Below, in pieces: positions 52,473-64,000 of a stretch of DNA of 64,000 nt. Positions within the stretch are counted from its first letter, which is position 1, and every line of letters starts with the position of its first letter. A program made the position numbers and the translations under genes. Source of the DNA: an uncultured Acidobacteriota bacterium (GTDB lineage Bacteria; Acidobacteriota; Thermoanaerobaculia; Multivoradales; UBA5704); assembly GCA_963755825.1 (NCBI GenBank), contig CAVWLA010000003.1:1472940-1536939 (forward strand). The letters are read 5' to 3'. Under the pieces are notes generated by a model, which searched no databases, was not told where the DNA came from, and saw only the letters and a program-made list of their open reading frames with translations.

Positions 52473-55283
52473 ATGCAGACGCTCGGCCGCTGTCTCCTTC
52501 TCCTCACGCTCGCCGCCGGGGTGCTCTCGCCGCTCGCCGCCCAGACCACCGGCGGCGTCGTCGGCCGGGCGACGGACGAATCCGGCGGTCCGCTGCCGGG
52601 CGTCCTCGTCGAGGCGACCGGCGCCGCTCTGCAGGGCTCGCGCAGCGCGACGACCGACGCCAAGGGCACCTACCATCTGACCCTCCTGCCCCCCGGCCAG
52701 TACACCATCAGCTTCACCCTGCAGGGCTTCGGCAGCGAAACGCGGCGGGCGATCGCCGTCGAGCTCGACCGCGACGCGACGATCGACGCGGTCTTGAAGC
52801 CGCGCGCCGCCGAGGAGATCACAGTCGTCGGCGAGGCGCCGGTCGTCGACACCACGACGACCGAGCTGGGGACGAACCTCGACAGCCGCCAGATCGAGAC
52901 CCTGCCGACCGGCCGCAACTATTCGTCGGTGGTGCAGATCACCCCCGGCGTCTCCTCCGACGCCAACCCCGACAACTCCCAGCAGACGACGATCACCGTC
53001 TACGGCTCGTCGGGAGCGGAGAACGCCTTCTACATCGACGGCGTCAACACCACCAACGTCGAGTACGGCTTCCAAGGCAAGGAGCTCAACTTCGAGTTCA
53101 TCGAGGCGATCGACGTCAAGACCGGCGGCTACGAGGCGGAGTTCGGCCGCGCCACCGGCGGCATCGTCAACGTCATCACCAAGTCCGGCGGCAACGCCTT
53201 CCACGGCGACGCCTTCGGCTACTACGACAACGACTCGCTGCAGTCGAGCGCCAAGACGGTGTTCTCGAACAGCGGCACGGTCGAGGGCTTCACCCGCGAC
53301 GACTACGGCGCCGACCTCGGCGGCTACCTCGTCAAGGACAAGCTGTGGTTCTTCGGCGCCTACGACAAGGTGAGCAACACGACGAAGAGCGCGCTGCCGT
53401 CGGGGCCGGCGATGGGCGACGTCGTCAGCTCCGACAGCACGCACGATCTCGGCGCCGGCAAGCTCACCTACCACTTCTCCGCCAGCCAGTCGCTCATCGC
53501 CAGCTTCTTCCAGGACCCGCGGACCGACACCGGCGCCATCAACGACGCCAACCACACGTTGAACGGCGACCCGCTCACCTACACCGGCGAGCAGCAGTAC
53601 GGCGGCAAGGACTACGCCCTCCGCTACCAGGGCGTCGCCGGCTCGAGCTGGGTGTTCACCGCGCAGGCCTCGCGCCACCAGGAGCAGAACTCGGTGGGCC
53701 CCGCCTCGGCGGCCGGCGACACGATCCAGTACATCGCTTCGGACAACAAGAACTTTCAGACCGGCGGCTTCGGGCTCATCCAGGACAAGACCTTCAAGCG
53801 CGACTTCCTCGGCGGCTCGGCCGAGCGCTATCTCGGCGGCCACGAGATCAAGGGCGGCATCGAGTACGAGAAGGAGTCGGCCGACGTCGTCAAGCGCGAG
53901 TCGGGCGGCCAGCTGGTGACGGTGTACGCCAACCCGAACGATCCCAGCCAGCCGATCTACAGCCACGCCTACTGGACGACGCCGACCGCGACGGTCCCCA
54001 ACGCGCCGGTCTCGGCGCTCTTCGCCTCGCCGTCGCACAAGGTCACCACCGCCTACCTGCAGGACCGCTGGACGGCGCGCTCGAACCTCACCCTGACCTA
54101 CGGCCTGCGCTGGGACCGCCAGCAGATCATCGACGCCGAGGGTACCCAGCAGATCGACCTCAAGAAGGACTTCGCGCCGCGCCTGGGCGCCATCTGGGAT
54201 CCGCGCAGCGATCACAAGAGCAAGGTCTACGCCTCGGCGGGGCGTTTCTACGAGCAGATTCCGATGGACCTCGTCATCCGCTCCTTCTCTTTCGAGCGGC
54301 AGCCGCGCATCGTCAACTTCTCGCCCACCGACAACCATCCGGACCCCAACGCCGAGGCCATCCTGGGCACCGGCTCGACCATCCTCGGCGGCTTCACCGA
54401 GCCGGCGGACCCCAACATCGGCGGCCAGTATCTCGACGAGTACATCGTCGGCGCCGAGCGCGAGGTGCTGCCCAGCGTCTCGGTCGGCATCAAGGGGATC
54501 TACCGCAGCTACGGACAGGTGATCGAGGACTTCCTCTGCATCAACGACGGCACCTACTGCATCGGCAACCCCGGCAAGGGGATCTTCAAGCGCGACTTCA
54601 CCCTCGACTACTCGACGACCTATCCGACGCCGGCGCCGCAGCGCATCTACCGCGGCATCCAGCTCGACGTCAACAAGCGCTTCTCGAACAATTGGCAGGG
54701 GCTCGCCTCGTACATCTACTCGAAGCTCGACGGCAACTACGACGGCGAGTACTCGCCCTTCACCAACGTCGGCGCCGACCCCAACATCTCGGCCGCCTAC
54801 GACTACTACGACTTCTTCACCAACGGCACCGACCTCACCCGCATCACCAACAAGGGTCCGCTGTCGAACGAGCGCCAGCACCAGCTCAAGCTCTCCGGCG
54901 TCTACTTCACCCCCTGGAAGCTGCAGATCGGCCTCTCCGGCTACTACAGCAGCGGCACGCCGCTCACCCGCTACGGCTTCTCGGACGCCTACGGCCGCTA
55001 CGAGTTCTTCCTCACCGAGCGCGGCGCCGAGGGGCGCTCGCCGTCGATCTACGAGGCCGACCTCCACCTCGGCTATCCGCTCACCTTCGGGCCGACGACG
55101 GTCAACCTCCTCTTCGACGTCTTCAACCTGCTGAACGCCCAGCGGCCGATCCTGCTCGACGAGCGCTGGGACTTCGCCGAGGCGGACAACACCTCGCCCA
55201 CCCCCACCAACCCCGACTACAAGAGACCCATCCTGCGAACACCGCCGACCTCGCTGCGGCTGGGGCTGAGGGTGAGCTTCTAG
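52473..55283 (+). CDS. TonB-dependent outer-membrane receptor with an N-terminal carboxypeptidase-regulatory-like domain (936 aa)
   Basis: aaggagg SD and a signal peptide. CarbopepD_reg-like VVGRATDESGGPLPGVLVEA...GTYHL; plug domain (TLPTGRNYSSVVQITPGV); a large barrel ending ...LRLGLRVSF with a terminal aromatic residue. Confidence 0.85.
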   Translation: MQTLGRCLLLLTLAAGVLSPLAAQTTGGVVGRATDESGGPLPGVLVEATGAALQGSRSATTDAKGTYHLTLLPPGQYTISFTLQGFGSETRRAIAVELDRDATIDAVLKPRAAEEITVVGEAPVVDTTTTELGTNLDSRQIETLPTGRNYSSVVQITPGVSSDANPDNSQQTTITVYGSSGAENAFYIDGVNTTNVEYGFQGKELNFEFIEAIDVKTGGYEAEFGRATGGIVNVITKSGGNAFHGDAFGYYDNDSLQSSAKTVFSNSGTVEGFTRDDYGADLGGYLVKDKLWFFGAYDKVSNTTKSALPSGPAMGDVVSSDSTHDLGAGKLTYHFSASQSLIASFFQDPRTDTGAINDANHTLNGDPLTYTGEQQYGGKDYALRYQGVAGSSWVFTAQASRHQEQNSVGPASAAGDTIQYIASDNKNFQTGGFGLIQDKTFKRDFLGGSAERYLGGHEIKGGIEYEKESADVVKRESGGQLVTVYANPNDPSQPIYSHAYWTTPTATVPNAPVSALFASPSHKVTTAYLQDRWTARSNLTLTYGLRWDRQQIIDAEGTQQIDLKKDFAPRLGAIWDPRSDHKSKVYASAGRFYEQIPMDLVIRSFSFERQPRIVNFSPTDNHPDPNAEAILGTGSTILGGFTEPADPNIGGQYLDEYIVGAEREVLPSVSVGIKGIYRSYGQVIEDFLCINDGTYCIGNPGKGIFKRDFTLDYSTTYPTPAPQRIYRGIQLDVNKRFSNNWQGLASYIYSKLDGNYDGEYSPFTNVGADPNISAAYDYYDFFTNGTDLTRITNKGPLSNERQHQLKLSGVYFTPWKLQIGLSGYYSSGTPLTRYGFSDAYGRYEFFLTERGAEGRSPSIYEADLHLGYPLTFGPTTVNLLFDVFNLLNAQRPILLDERWDFAEADNTSPTPTNPDYKRPILRTPPTSLRLGLRVSF

Positions 55284-55493
55284 CGGAGAAGCATCGAGCG
55301 ACAGGGGCCGATTTCCGCGACGGCCGAAACGGGAAGCGTGGGCGCGAGCGGGAAAGGATTCGCCGCGATGAGGAAGAGACCGATCCTTCGGCTCTCCGGT
55401 CGTCGAAATGGAGAAGGACCAATGCGGGCGACGGTTGCGGCGGGAGCGATGCGGCTCGTCCTGCGCGGTGGAGGCGGAGAGTAGCCCGAGCGG

Positions 55494-59249
<3,756 letters not shown>

Positions 59250-59320
59250 GCGGTTCTCCCTTGGGCGGAAAACCGTATGCAGGGTCCGCGCCCGCCGCAG
59301 CGGCGCGAGCGCGGCGGGTT

Positions 59321-60676
59321 TCAGTCCGGTTCCATGATCTCCGCGAGCTCCGCCCGTACCAGCGGCAGATCGTCGGGGAGCCATGCCGCGAAGCCCGGGC
59401 TGGCGAAGAGCTCGGCGTCGCCCGGATAGGTGGGGACCAGATAGGGGGGGAAGCGCGCGAAGATCTCGCGGTCGCTCCGCCGCCGGCGGCGCTGGACGGT
59501 GGCGCGCCGCGCCGCCGCGGCGTCGAGATGGCCGAGGAGATAGGAGAGGGCGCGCAGCTGGGCGATCGTCCGCTCGTCGTCGAGGATGGGATAGGGCGTC
59601 GGTCTCTCCATCGCCGACGGACCGCGGAGCTTTCGCCAGACACGGCGCAGGAGATCGCGCGCGCCGTACTCGCGCAGGCGGAGCGCGAAGCCCGCCGGGG
59701 TGAGGCCGGAAGGACGGCTGTCTGCCGCCGCCTGCTGGAGGGTCGGCTCCGCGGCAGGACCGCCGGCCGGCGCGGCGACCGGCGCGGTGTTGGCGATCCA
59801 GCCGGCATAGGGGTCGATGCGGAGCGTCGCGCCGCCCGGGTTGGCGGCGACGAGCGCCTGGGTGCGCGCCAGGAAGGTGAGGAGGAGCGCCGGCATCACC
59901 CGCTCCCAGAGGCCGGGCTCGTAGTTGGTGTAGGCGGTGAGAAAGGCGTTGCGCTCGAAGAGGAAGCCGCGGTTGAAGAGGCCGAGGAGGTCGCTCGTCG
60001 CGCTCGATCGGTGATGGACGACGGCCGCCGGCGCGAAGAGCACCCGCTCGCCGCCCGCCCACAGCCGCCAGCCGAGATCGACGTCCTCGAGATAGGCGAA
60101 GTACTCGGCCTGGAAGCCGCCGGCGGCGAGGAAGGACGCGCGGCGGACGAGCATGTTGCCGCCGCAGGCGAAGAACAGCTCCTCCCCCGCCTGCGGCACG
60201 CGGGCGGTGGCGAGCGGCCGCCGGAAGTCGAGCTGGAAGGCGTGGCCGTCGAAGGTCATCAGCCCGCGGCCGAAGTCGAGGCGCTCGCCCTCCCAGTCGA
60301 CGATGCGGCCGGAGACCGCCGCGACGTCCGCCGGGGCGGCGGCGAGCGCCTCGACCAGAGCGGCGAGCCAGCCGGGCTCCGGCCGTGTGTCGTTGTTCAG
60401 GAACGCCACGGCGTCGCCGTCGGCCGCCTCCACCAGCCTGCCGTTGCCGCCGCAGAAGCCGAGGTTGACCGGGCTGGCGAGGAGGCGCACCTTGGGGTAG
60501 GCGGCGGCGAGCCAGGACGCCGTGCCGTCGGTCGAGCCGTTGTCGAGCACCAGGATCTCCCACGGCACGCCGGGATCGTCCTGCCGGGCGAGAGCGGCGA
60601 GGCAGGTCTCCAGGTGATGGCGGCCGTTCCAGGAGAGGATGGCGACCGAGACCTTGCGCAGGGCGGGTTGGCTCAC
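59321..60676 (-). CDS. Glycosyltransferase family 2 protein
   Basis: VSVAILSWNGRHHLETCL...ILVLDNGSTDGT...EDVDLGWR. Its GTG start overlaps the TGA of the upstream GT4 gene (GTGA). Confidence 0.8.
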   Translation of the reverse strand: MSQPALRKVSVAILSWNGRHHLETCLAALARQDDPGVPWEILVLDNGSTDGTASWLAAAYPKVRLLASPVNLGFCGGNGRLVEAADGDAVAFLNNDTRPEPGWLAALVEALAAAPADVAAVSGRIVDWEGERLDFGRGLMTFDGHAFQLDFRRPLATARVPQAGEELFFACGGNMLVRRASFLAAGGFQAEYFAYLEDVDLGWRLWAGGERVLFAPAAVVHHRSSATSDLLGLFNRGFLFERNAFLTAYTNYEPGLWERVMPALLLTFLARTQALVAANPGGATLRIDPYAGWIANTAPVAAPAGGPAAEPTLQQAAADSRPSGLTPAGFALRLREYGARDLLRRVWRKLRGPSAMERPTPYPILDDERTIAQLRALSYLLGHLDAAAARRATVQRRRRRSDREIFARFPPYLVPTYPGDAELFASPGFAAWLPDDLPLVRAELAEIMEPD

Positions 60677-61938
60677 CGGCCGCCGCTCCAGCGGCGGAGC
60701 CGGCGCCGCAGGCGAAAGGCGAGCCGGTCCTGCGGCACCACCGTCGGCGGCCGGAAGGCGAAGCGCTCCTTGGTGGGGTCGGTCGCCGGCTGGCGGCAGA
60801 AGGCGACGAGCGGCGCCAGCACGCGCTCCCAGCGGAACTCGGCGAGGAGGGCGCGGGCGCCGGCGCGGCGCGCGCGGGCCGCCGCCTCGGTCTCCTCGTC
60901 GAGCGCCTCGACGAGCGCCCGCGCCAGGGCCGCCTCGTCGCCCGCCGGCACCACCCAGCCGGCGCCGTGAGCGGCGAGGAGCCGCGCCATGGTGCCGCCC
61001 TCGCTGGTCACCACCGGGCAGCCGGCGGCCAGCGCATCGAGGAAGCGGGTGCGCAGCGACAGCCGCGTCTCCAGGCTCGGCCGGTGCGGCGCCACCAGCA
61101 GGTCCACCTCGCGCAGCAGGTCGTAGCGGCGGTCGGCCGGCACCCAGTCGAGCACCTGCACCCGCTCGCCCCACCACCCCTGCCGGCGGCAGCGCGCCTC
61201 GACCTCCGCCAGCAGCCGCTGCGGCGTGCTCTCGAGGTTGGGGTTGCGGATGAGGAGGAGCGTCCAGCCCGGGCGCTCGAGGGCGGCCAGCGCGTCGAGG
61301 AGCGTCCAGGGGTCGTACCAGTCGTAGAGGCCGCCGAAGAGGAGCCGCCGCTCGCCGTCGCGGCGCGGCGGCAGCAGCGGCCGGTGGGGCGCCAGCTCCT
61401 CGGCGATGCCGAAGGGCACCGGCGCGATGAGCGTCGCGAGGTCGGGATCGCGGCCGATGCGCTCCGGGTTGGCCCGCCCCAGGGCGGCGAGGAAACCGAG
61501 ATAGAAGGTCCGCTGCTCCTCGGAGGAACAGAGGAAGAAATCGCCGCGCGAGAGCTGCAGGACCCACGTCGCATGGTCGTTGCGGTAGGGATCGAGCCCC
61601 AGCGTCTCGGCATACGAGAGGTTCTCGATCAGCCAGGGATCGTAGAGGTCGACGGCGACCGGCAGCTGCGGCAGCTCGACGATGACGTCGTTGGCGAGCT
61701 GGCCCTGGGCGACCGCGGCGCCGCAGTCGGCGAGGAGCGCGGCGAGCCGGCCGCGCTCGAAGCGGCGGACGGGGACCTCCCCAACGACCTCGGCCATCTC
61801 CTCGACGGCGGCCGGCGAGATCAGCACCACCTCGATCCCCGGCCGCGGCAGGCGGCGCGCCAGCTCGACGTAGCGGATGCCGATCCCCGCCATCCGCGCG
61901 CGGATCGGCTCGGAGGAGACGAGGGCGACGCGGGTCAC
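60673..61938 (-). CDS. Glycosyltransferase family 4 (GT-B, group 1) protein
   Basis: GT-B pattern with the C-terminal EGGTMARLLAAHGAGWVV... block typical of GT4. Its start overlaps the upstream gene by 4 nt. Confidence 0.75.
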   Translation of the reverse strand: MTRVALVSSEPIRARMAGIGIRYVELARRLPRPGIEVVLISPAAVEEMAEVVGEVPVRRFERGRLAALLADCGAAVAQGQLANDVIVELPQLPVAVDLYDPWLIENLSYAETLGLDPYRNDHATWVLQLSRGDFFLCSSEEQRTFYLGFLAALGRANPERIGRDPDLATLIAPVPFGIAEELAPHRPLLPPRRDGERRLLFGGLYDWYDPWTLLDALAALERPGWTLLLIRNPNLESTPQRLLAEVEARCRRQGWWGERVQVLDWVPADRRYDLLREVDLLVAPHRPSLETRLSLRTRFLDALAAGCPVVTSEGGTMARLLAAHGAGWVVPAGDEAALARALVEALDEETEAAARARRAGARALLAEFRWERVLAPLVAFCRQPATDPTKERFAFRPPTVVPQDRLAFRLRRRLRRWSGGR

Positions 61939-63899
61939 CGCGATCCCCGGCGCTGCAGCCAGAGATGGGCGCGCCAGGCGCGGGTCGACTCCATCTCCCG
62001 GAGCAGGCCGTTCAGCCGCGCGATCTCGGCATAGGTCCTGCCCAGGTGATCGCCCTCCTCGGCGGCGGCGGCGCGCAGCTTCACCTCCTCGGCATAGAGC
62101 CGGCGCAGCTCGCCGCCCAGCCGCTCGTGCTCGCTCCGCAGCGCCGCCAGCTCGCCTTCGCGCGCCGCGAGGATGCCGTTCTTCTCGTGGAAGCGCACCT
62201 CGAAGTCGAAGCGCTGGCGCGCCAGCTCCTCGTGGGCACGCCCCAGCTCGGCGAGCTCGCCATGGAGGCGAGCGGTCTCCTGCCGTGCGGCGGCCGCCTC
62301 GCGGCCGCGGGCGGCGCGCGCCTCGCGCTCGTCCACCAGCTCGCCGCGCAGGGTGTCGACGGCGCGCGCCAGCACCTCGGGCGTCAGCCGCGCCGCGTGC
62401 TTGGCGAGGACGCGCGCCTTGACGGTCAGGAAGTCGCCGCGCTCGCGCGGCCGCTCGCCGAAGACGTGATGGCCGCCGCCGCGAAAGTGGCGGTACTCGC
62501 AGGTGACGCGGGCGAGGTGGTGGAAGGGGACGAGGGCCGACAGGCGGATGAGGTAGTCCCAGTCCTCGAAGAACGGCAGCTCCGGATCGAACGGCCCGAC
62601 CGCGGCGAAGAGCGAGCGCTCGATCGCCAGGGTGTTGAAGGGGATGTAGTTGTCGACGAGGAGGATGTCGGGATCGAAGTCGCGGCTGTAGGGGAGCCGC
62701 CGCTCGCGGCAGCTCCAGCCGCCGGCCTCGAGATCGCAGTCGAGCGCGTAGGAGGCGACCGCGGCGTCAGTGTAGGCGACGCGCACGCCGGCGGCGGAGA
62801 CCAGACCGGCGAGGGTCGCCAGGTGCTCCGGGGCCGCCAGATCGTCGTCGTCGAGGAAGGCGACGTAGTCGCCGGTCGCCGCCGCCACGCCGGCCTCGGC
62901 GGCGGCGGCGCGGCCGCGGTTCGCCGGCAGGTCGACACGGACGATGGGGAGCGGGAAGTCGACGGGAACCTCGGGCGGCGCACCGCCGTCGTTGACCAGC
63001 ACCACCTCCGCCCGCCGATAGGTGCCGGCGGCGAGGCTCCCGAGGGCCTCGGCGAGGAGCTCGGGGCGGTCGCGGGTGCGGACGACGACCGAGATCCTCG
63101 GCCCCTCGCGCACTTCGAGCAGCTCGGGGACGCCGCCGAGGTGGTGGATGAGCTGCGCCGGGCTGCGTGTCGCGAAGTCCGCCGGCGTGAGGCGCCGGTA
63201 GGCCTCGGCGAAGGTGATGCCGGCGGCGAGCGAGAGGGTGCGGAAGCGGCGCAGGCCGAGGGCGCCGGCGAGGTAGCCGTGGCGCTCCTCCTGGCTCGCG
63301 TAGCAGGCCATCGCCCGCTCGAGCGTCCCGCCCTCGCCGCTGACGTCGACGAGGAGGTCGGGATGCGCCGGGTAGTTGACCTCGTAGGCCAGGACGCGCA
63401 GCGACGCCAGGGCCACGGACCGCGCGTCGCCCTCGCGCAGGCCGCCGAGGACGCGGTGGAGGGCGCCGAAGGCGGCGCGATGGTCGCGGGTCACCTCGAG
63501 CGGCGAGGGGATGAAGACGAGCTCCGGGCGCTGCGTGTCGAGGGCGGCGCCGATGCCAGCCGCCAGCTCGTCGAGGTAGCTGTCGAGCTCGCCGTCGGGG
63601 AGGTCGAGATGCTCGCTGCCGGCGACCCCGAGCACGGCGACGGCGGCGGCGGCCTCAGCCTTGCGCCGGGAGCGATAGGCCTCGCGGTCCTCGGCGCGGT
63701 CGAAGCGCACCTCCTCGCCGCCGGCGCAGTCGGTGAGGAAGAGGACGCGCACCGCGGCGCCGGCCGCGGCGAGCTGCGCCACGGCGCCGCCGCAGCCGAG
63801 CACCTCGTCGTCGTAGTGAGGCGCCACGACGAGCGCCGAGCCCGCCGTCACCCGCTCGGCGACGCCGGGGAGCTGGGGGAGCCTGCCGCGCTCGCTCAA
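61935..63899 (-). CDS. Bifunctional PIG-L/LmbE-family deacetylase - GT2 glycosyltransferase with a C-terminal coiled coil (654 aa)
   Basis: N-terminal PHYDDEVLGCGG (LmbE/PIG-L zinc deacetylase); a central GT2 domain (ISVVVRTRDRPELL...VVLVNDGGAPPE...AFLDDDD); a C-terminal Ala/Glu/Arg-rich heptad region. TTG start overlaps the upstream stop (TTGA). Confidence 0.75.
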   Translation of the reverse strand: MSERGRLPQLPGVAERVTAGSALVVAPHYDDEVLGCGGAVAQLAAAGAAVRVLFLTDCAGGEEVRFDRAEDREAYRSRRKAEAAAAVAVLGVAGSEHLDLPDGELDSYLDELAAGIGAALDTQRPELVFIPSPLEVTRDHRAAFGALHRVLGGLREGDARSVALASLRVLAYEVNYPAHPDLLVDVSGEGGTLERAMACYASQEERHGYLAGALGLRRFRTLSLAAGITFAEAYRRLTPADFATRSPAQLIHHLGGVPELLEVREGPRISVVVRTRDRPELLAEALGSLAAGTYRRAEVVLVNDGGAPPEVPVDFPLPIVRVDLPANRGRAAAAEAGVAAATGDYVAFLDDDDLAAPEHLATLAGLVSAAGVRVAYTDAAVASYALDCDLEAGGWSCRERRLPYSRDFDPDILLVDNYIPFNTLAIERSLFAAVGPFDPELPFFEDWDYLIRLSALVPFHHLARVTCEYRHFRGGGHHVFGERPRERGDFLTVKARVLAKHAARLTPEVLARAVDTLRGELVDEREARAARGREAAAARQETARLHGELAELGRAHEELARQRFDFEVRFHEKNGILAAREGELAALRSEHERLGGELRRLYAEEVKLRAAAAEEGDHLGRTYAEIARLNGLLREMESTRAWRAHLWLQRRGSR

Positions 63900-64000
63900 T
63901 CGGCATAGCCGAGAGCGCGCAGGCGCCGCTCGGTCTCCGGGTCGTGAGCGAGTTTTCGTGCCGCCCCCGTGGTGTCGTGGACCCAGAGGTCGAGGCCGCC
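63896..64000 (-). CDS. 3' end of a gene running off the window; sulfatase/AlkP-superfamily-like C-terminus (...RRLRALGYAD*)
   Basis: C-terminal ...LRALGY motif shared with the two other AlkP-superfamily genes in the window (5213..7468, 44690..46822); high GC3. Confidence 0.4.
   Translation of the reverse strand, partial: GGLDLWVHDTTGAARKLAHDPETERRLRALGYAD

Overview
A 64-kb window of high-GC (~72%) chromosomal DNA, probably from a Gram-negative soil bacterium (Myxococcota- or Acidobacteria-like; inferred only from GC content and the gene set, not from any search). Because of the GC content, most of the long six-frame ORFs are stop-free antisense or out-of-frame artefacts. I called genes from protein-family recognition, GC3 codon bias, Shine-Dalgarno sites and start/stop coupling, and recomputed start sites from the ORF-track frames. 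About 50 genes are supported. Housekeeping genes: class II fumarase/aspartase, lspA, carB, an acyl-CoA dehydrogenase next to meaB and methylmalonyl-CoA epimerase, kynA-kynU, maeB, msrA, ogt, mltG, ruvX, a thiolase and lptD. Envelope genes: rmlA, rmlD, gmd and an rmd-like gene; a pyruvyl transferase; a chain of translationally coupled glycosyltransferases beside a dual-module hybrid histidine kinase; a TonB-dependent receptor; and an array of TonB-C-domain paralogs. The regions that most deserve a second look are these. (1) A compact locus at 46.9-52.3 kb holds two paralogous XRE-HTH+TPR regulators flanking a small Sec-secreted peptide with two Cys-bracketed CTIDPxGAxC repeats, a TPR-only paralog and an unannotated 58-aa ORF. 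The architecture resembles RNPP-type peptide-receptor signalling modules, which are essentially unknown outside Firmicutes. (2) A GC-poor island at 17.74-18.13 kb carries four copies of a 16-18-nt repeat (AGGTACCTGGCACCT) arranged as two pairs 73-74 bp apart, with a sigma-54-like -24/-12 element at the first copy. (3) A TonB-C paralog cluster includes a pseudokinase-TonB-C fusion, a frameshifted tandem-TonB-C gene and a 3' remnant. (4) A secreted Gly/His-rich, aromatic-rich protein with two PEGA domains is translationally coupled to a GT2 gene. (5) A truncated, frameshifted ScfR/PrpR-type DUF2083 (Fe-S) domain gene sits opposite a 74-aa ORF. All coordinates were indexed by hand and may be off by 1 nt where they are not tied to the ORF track.
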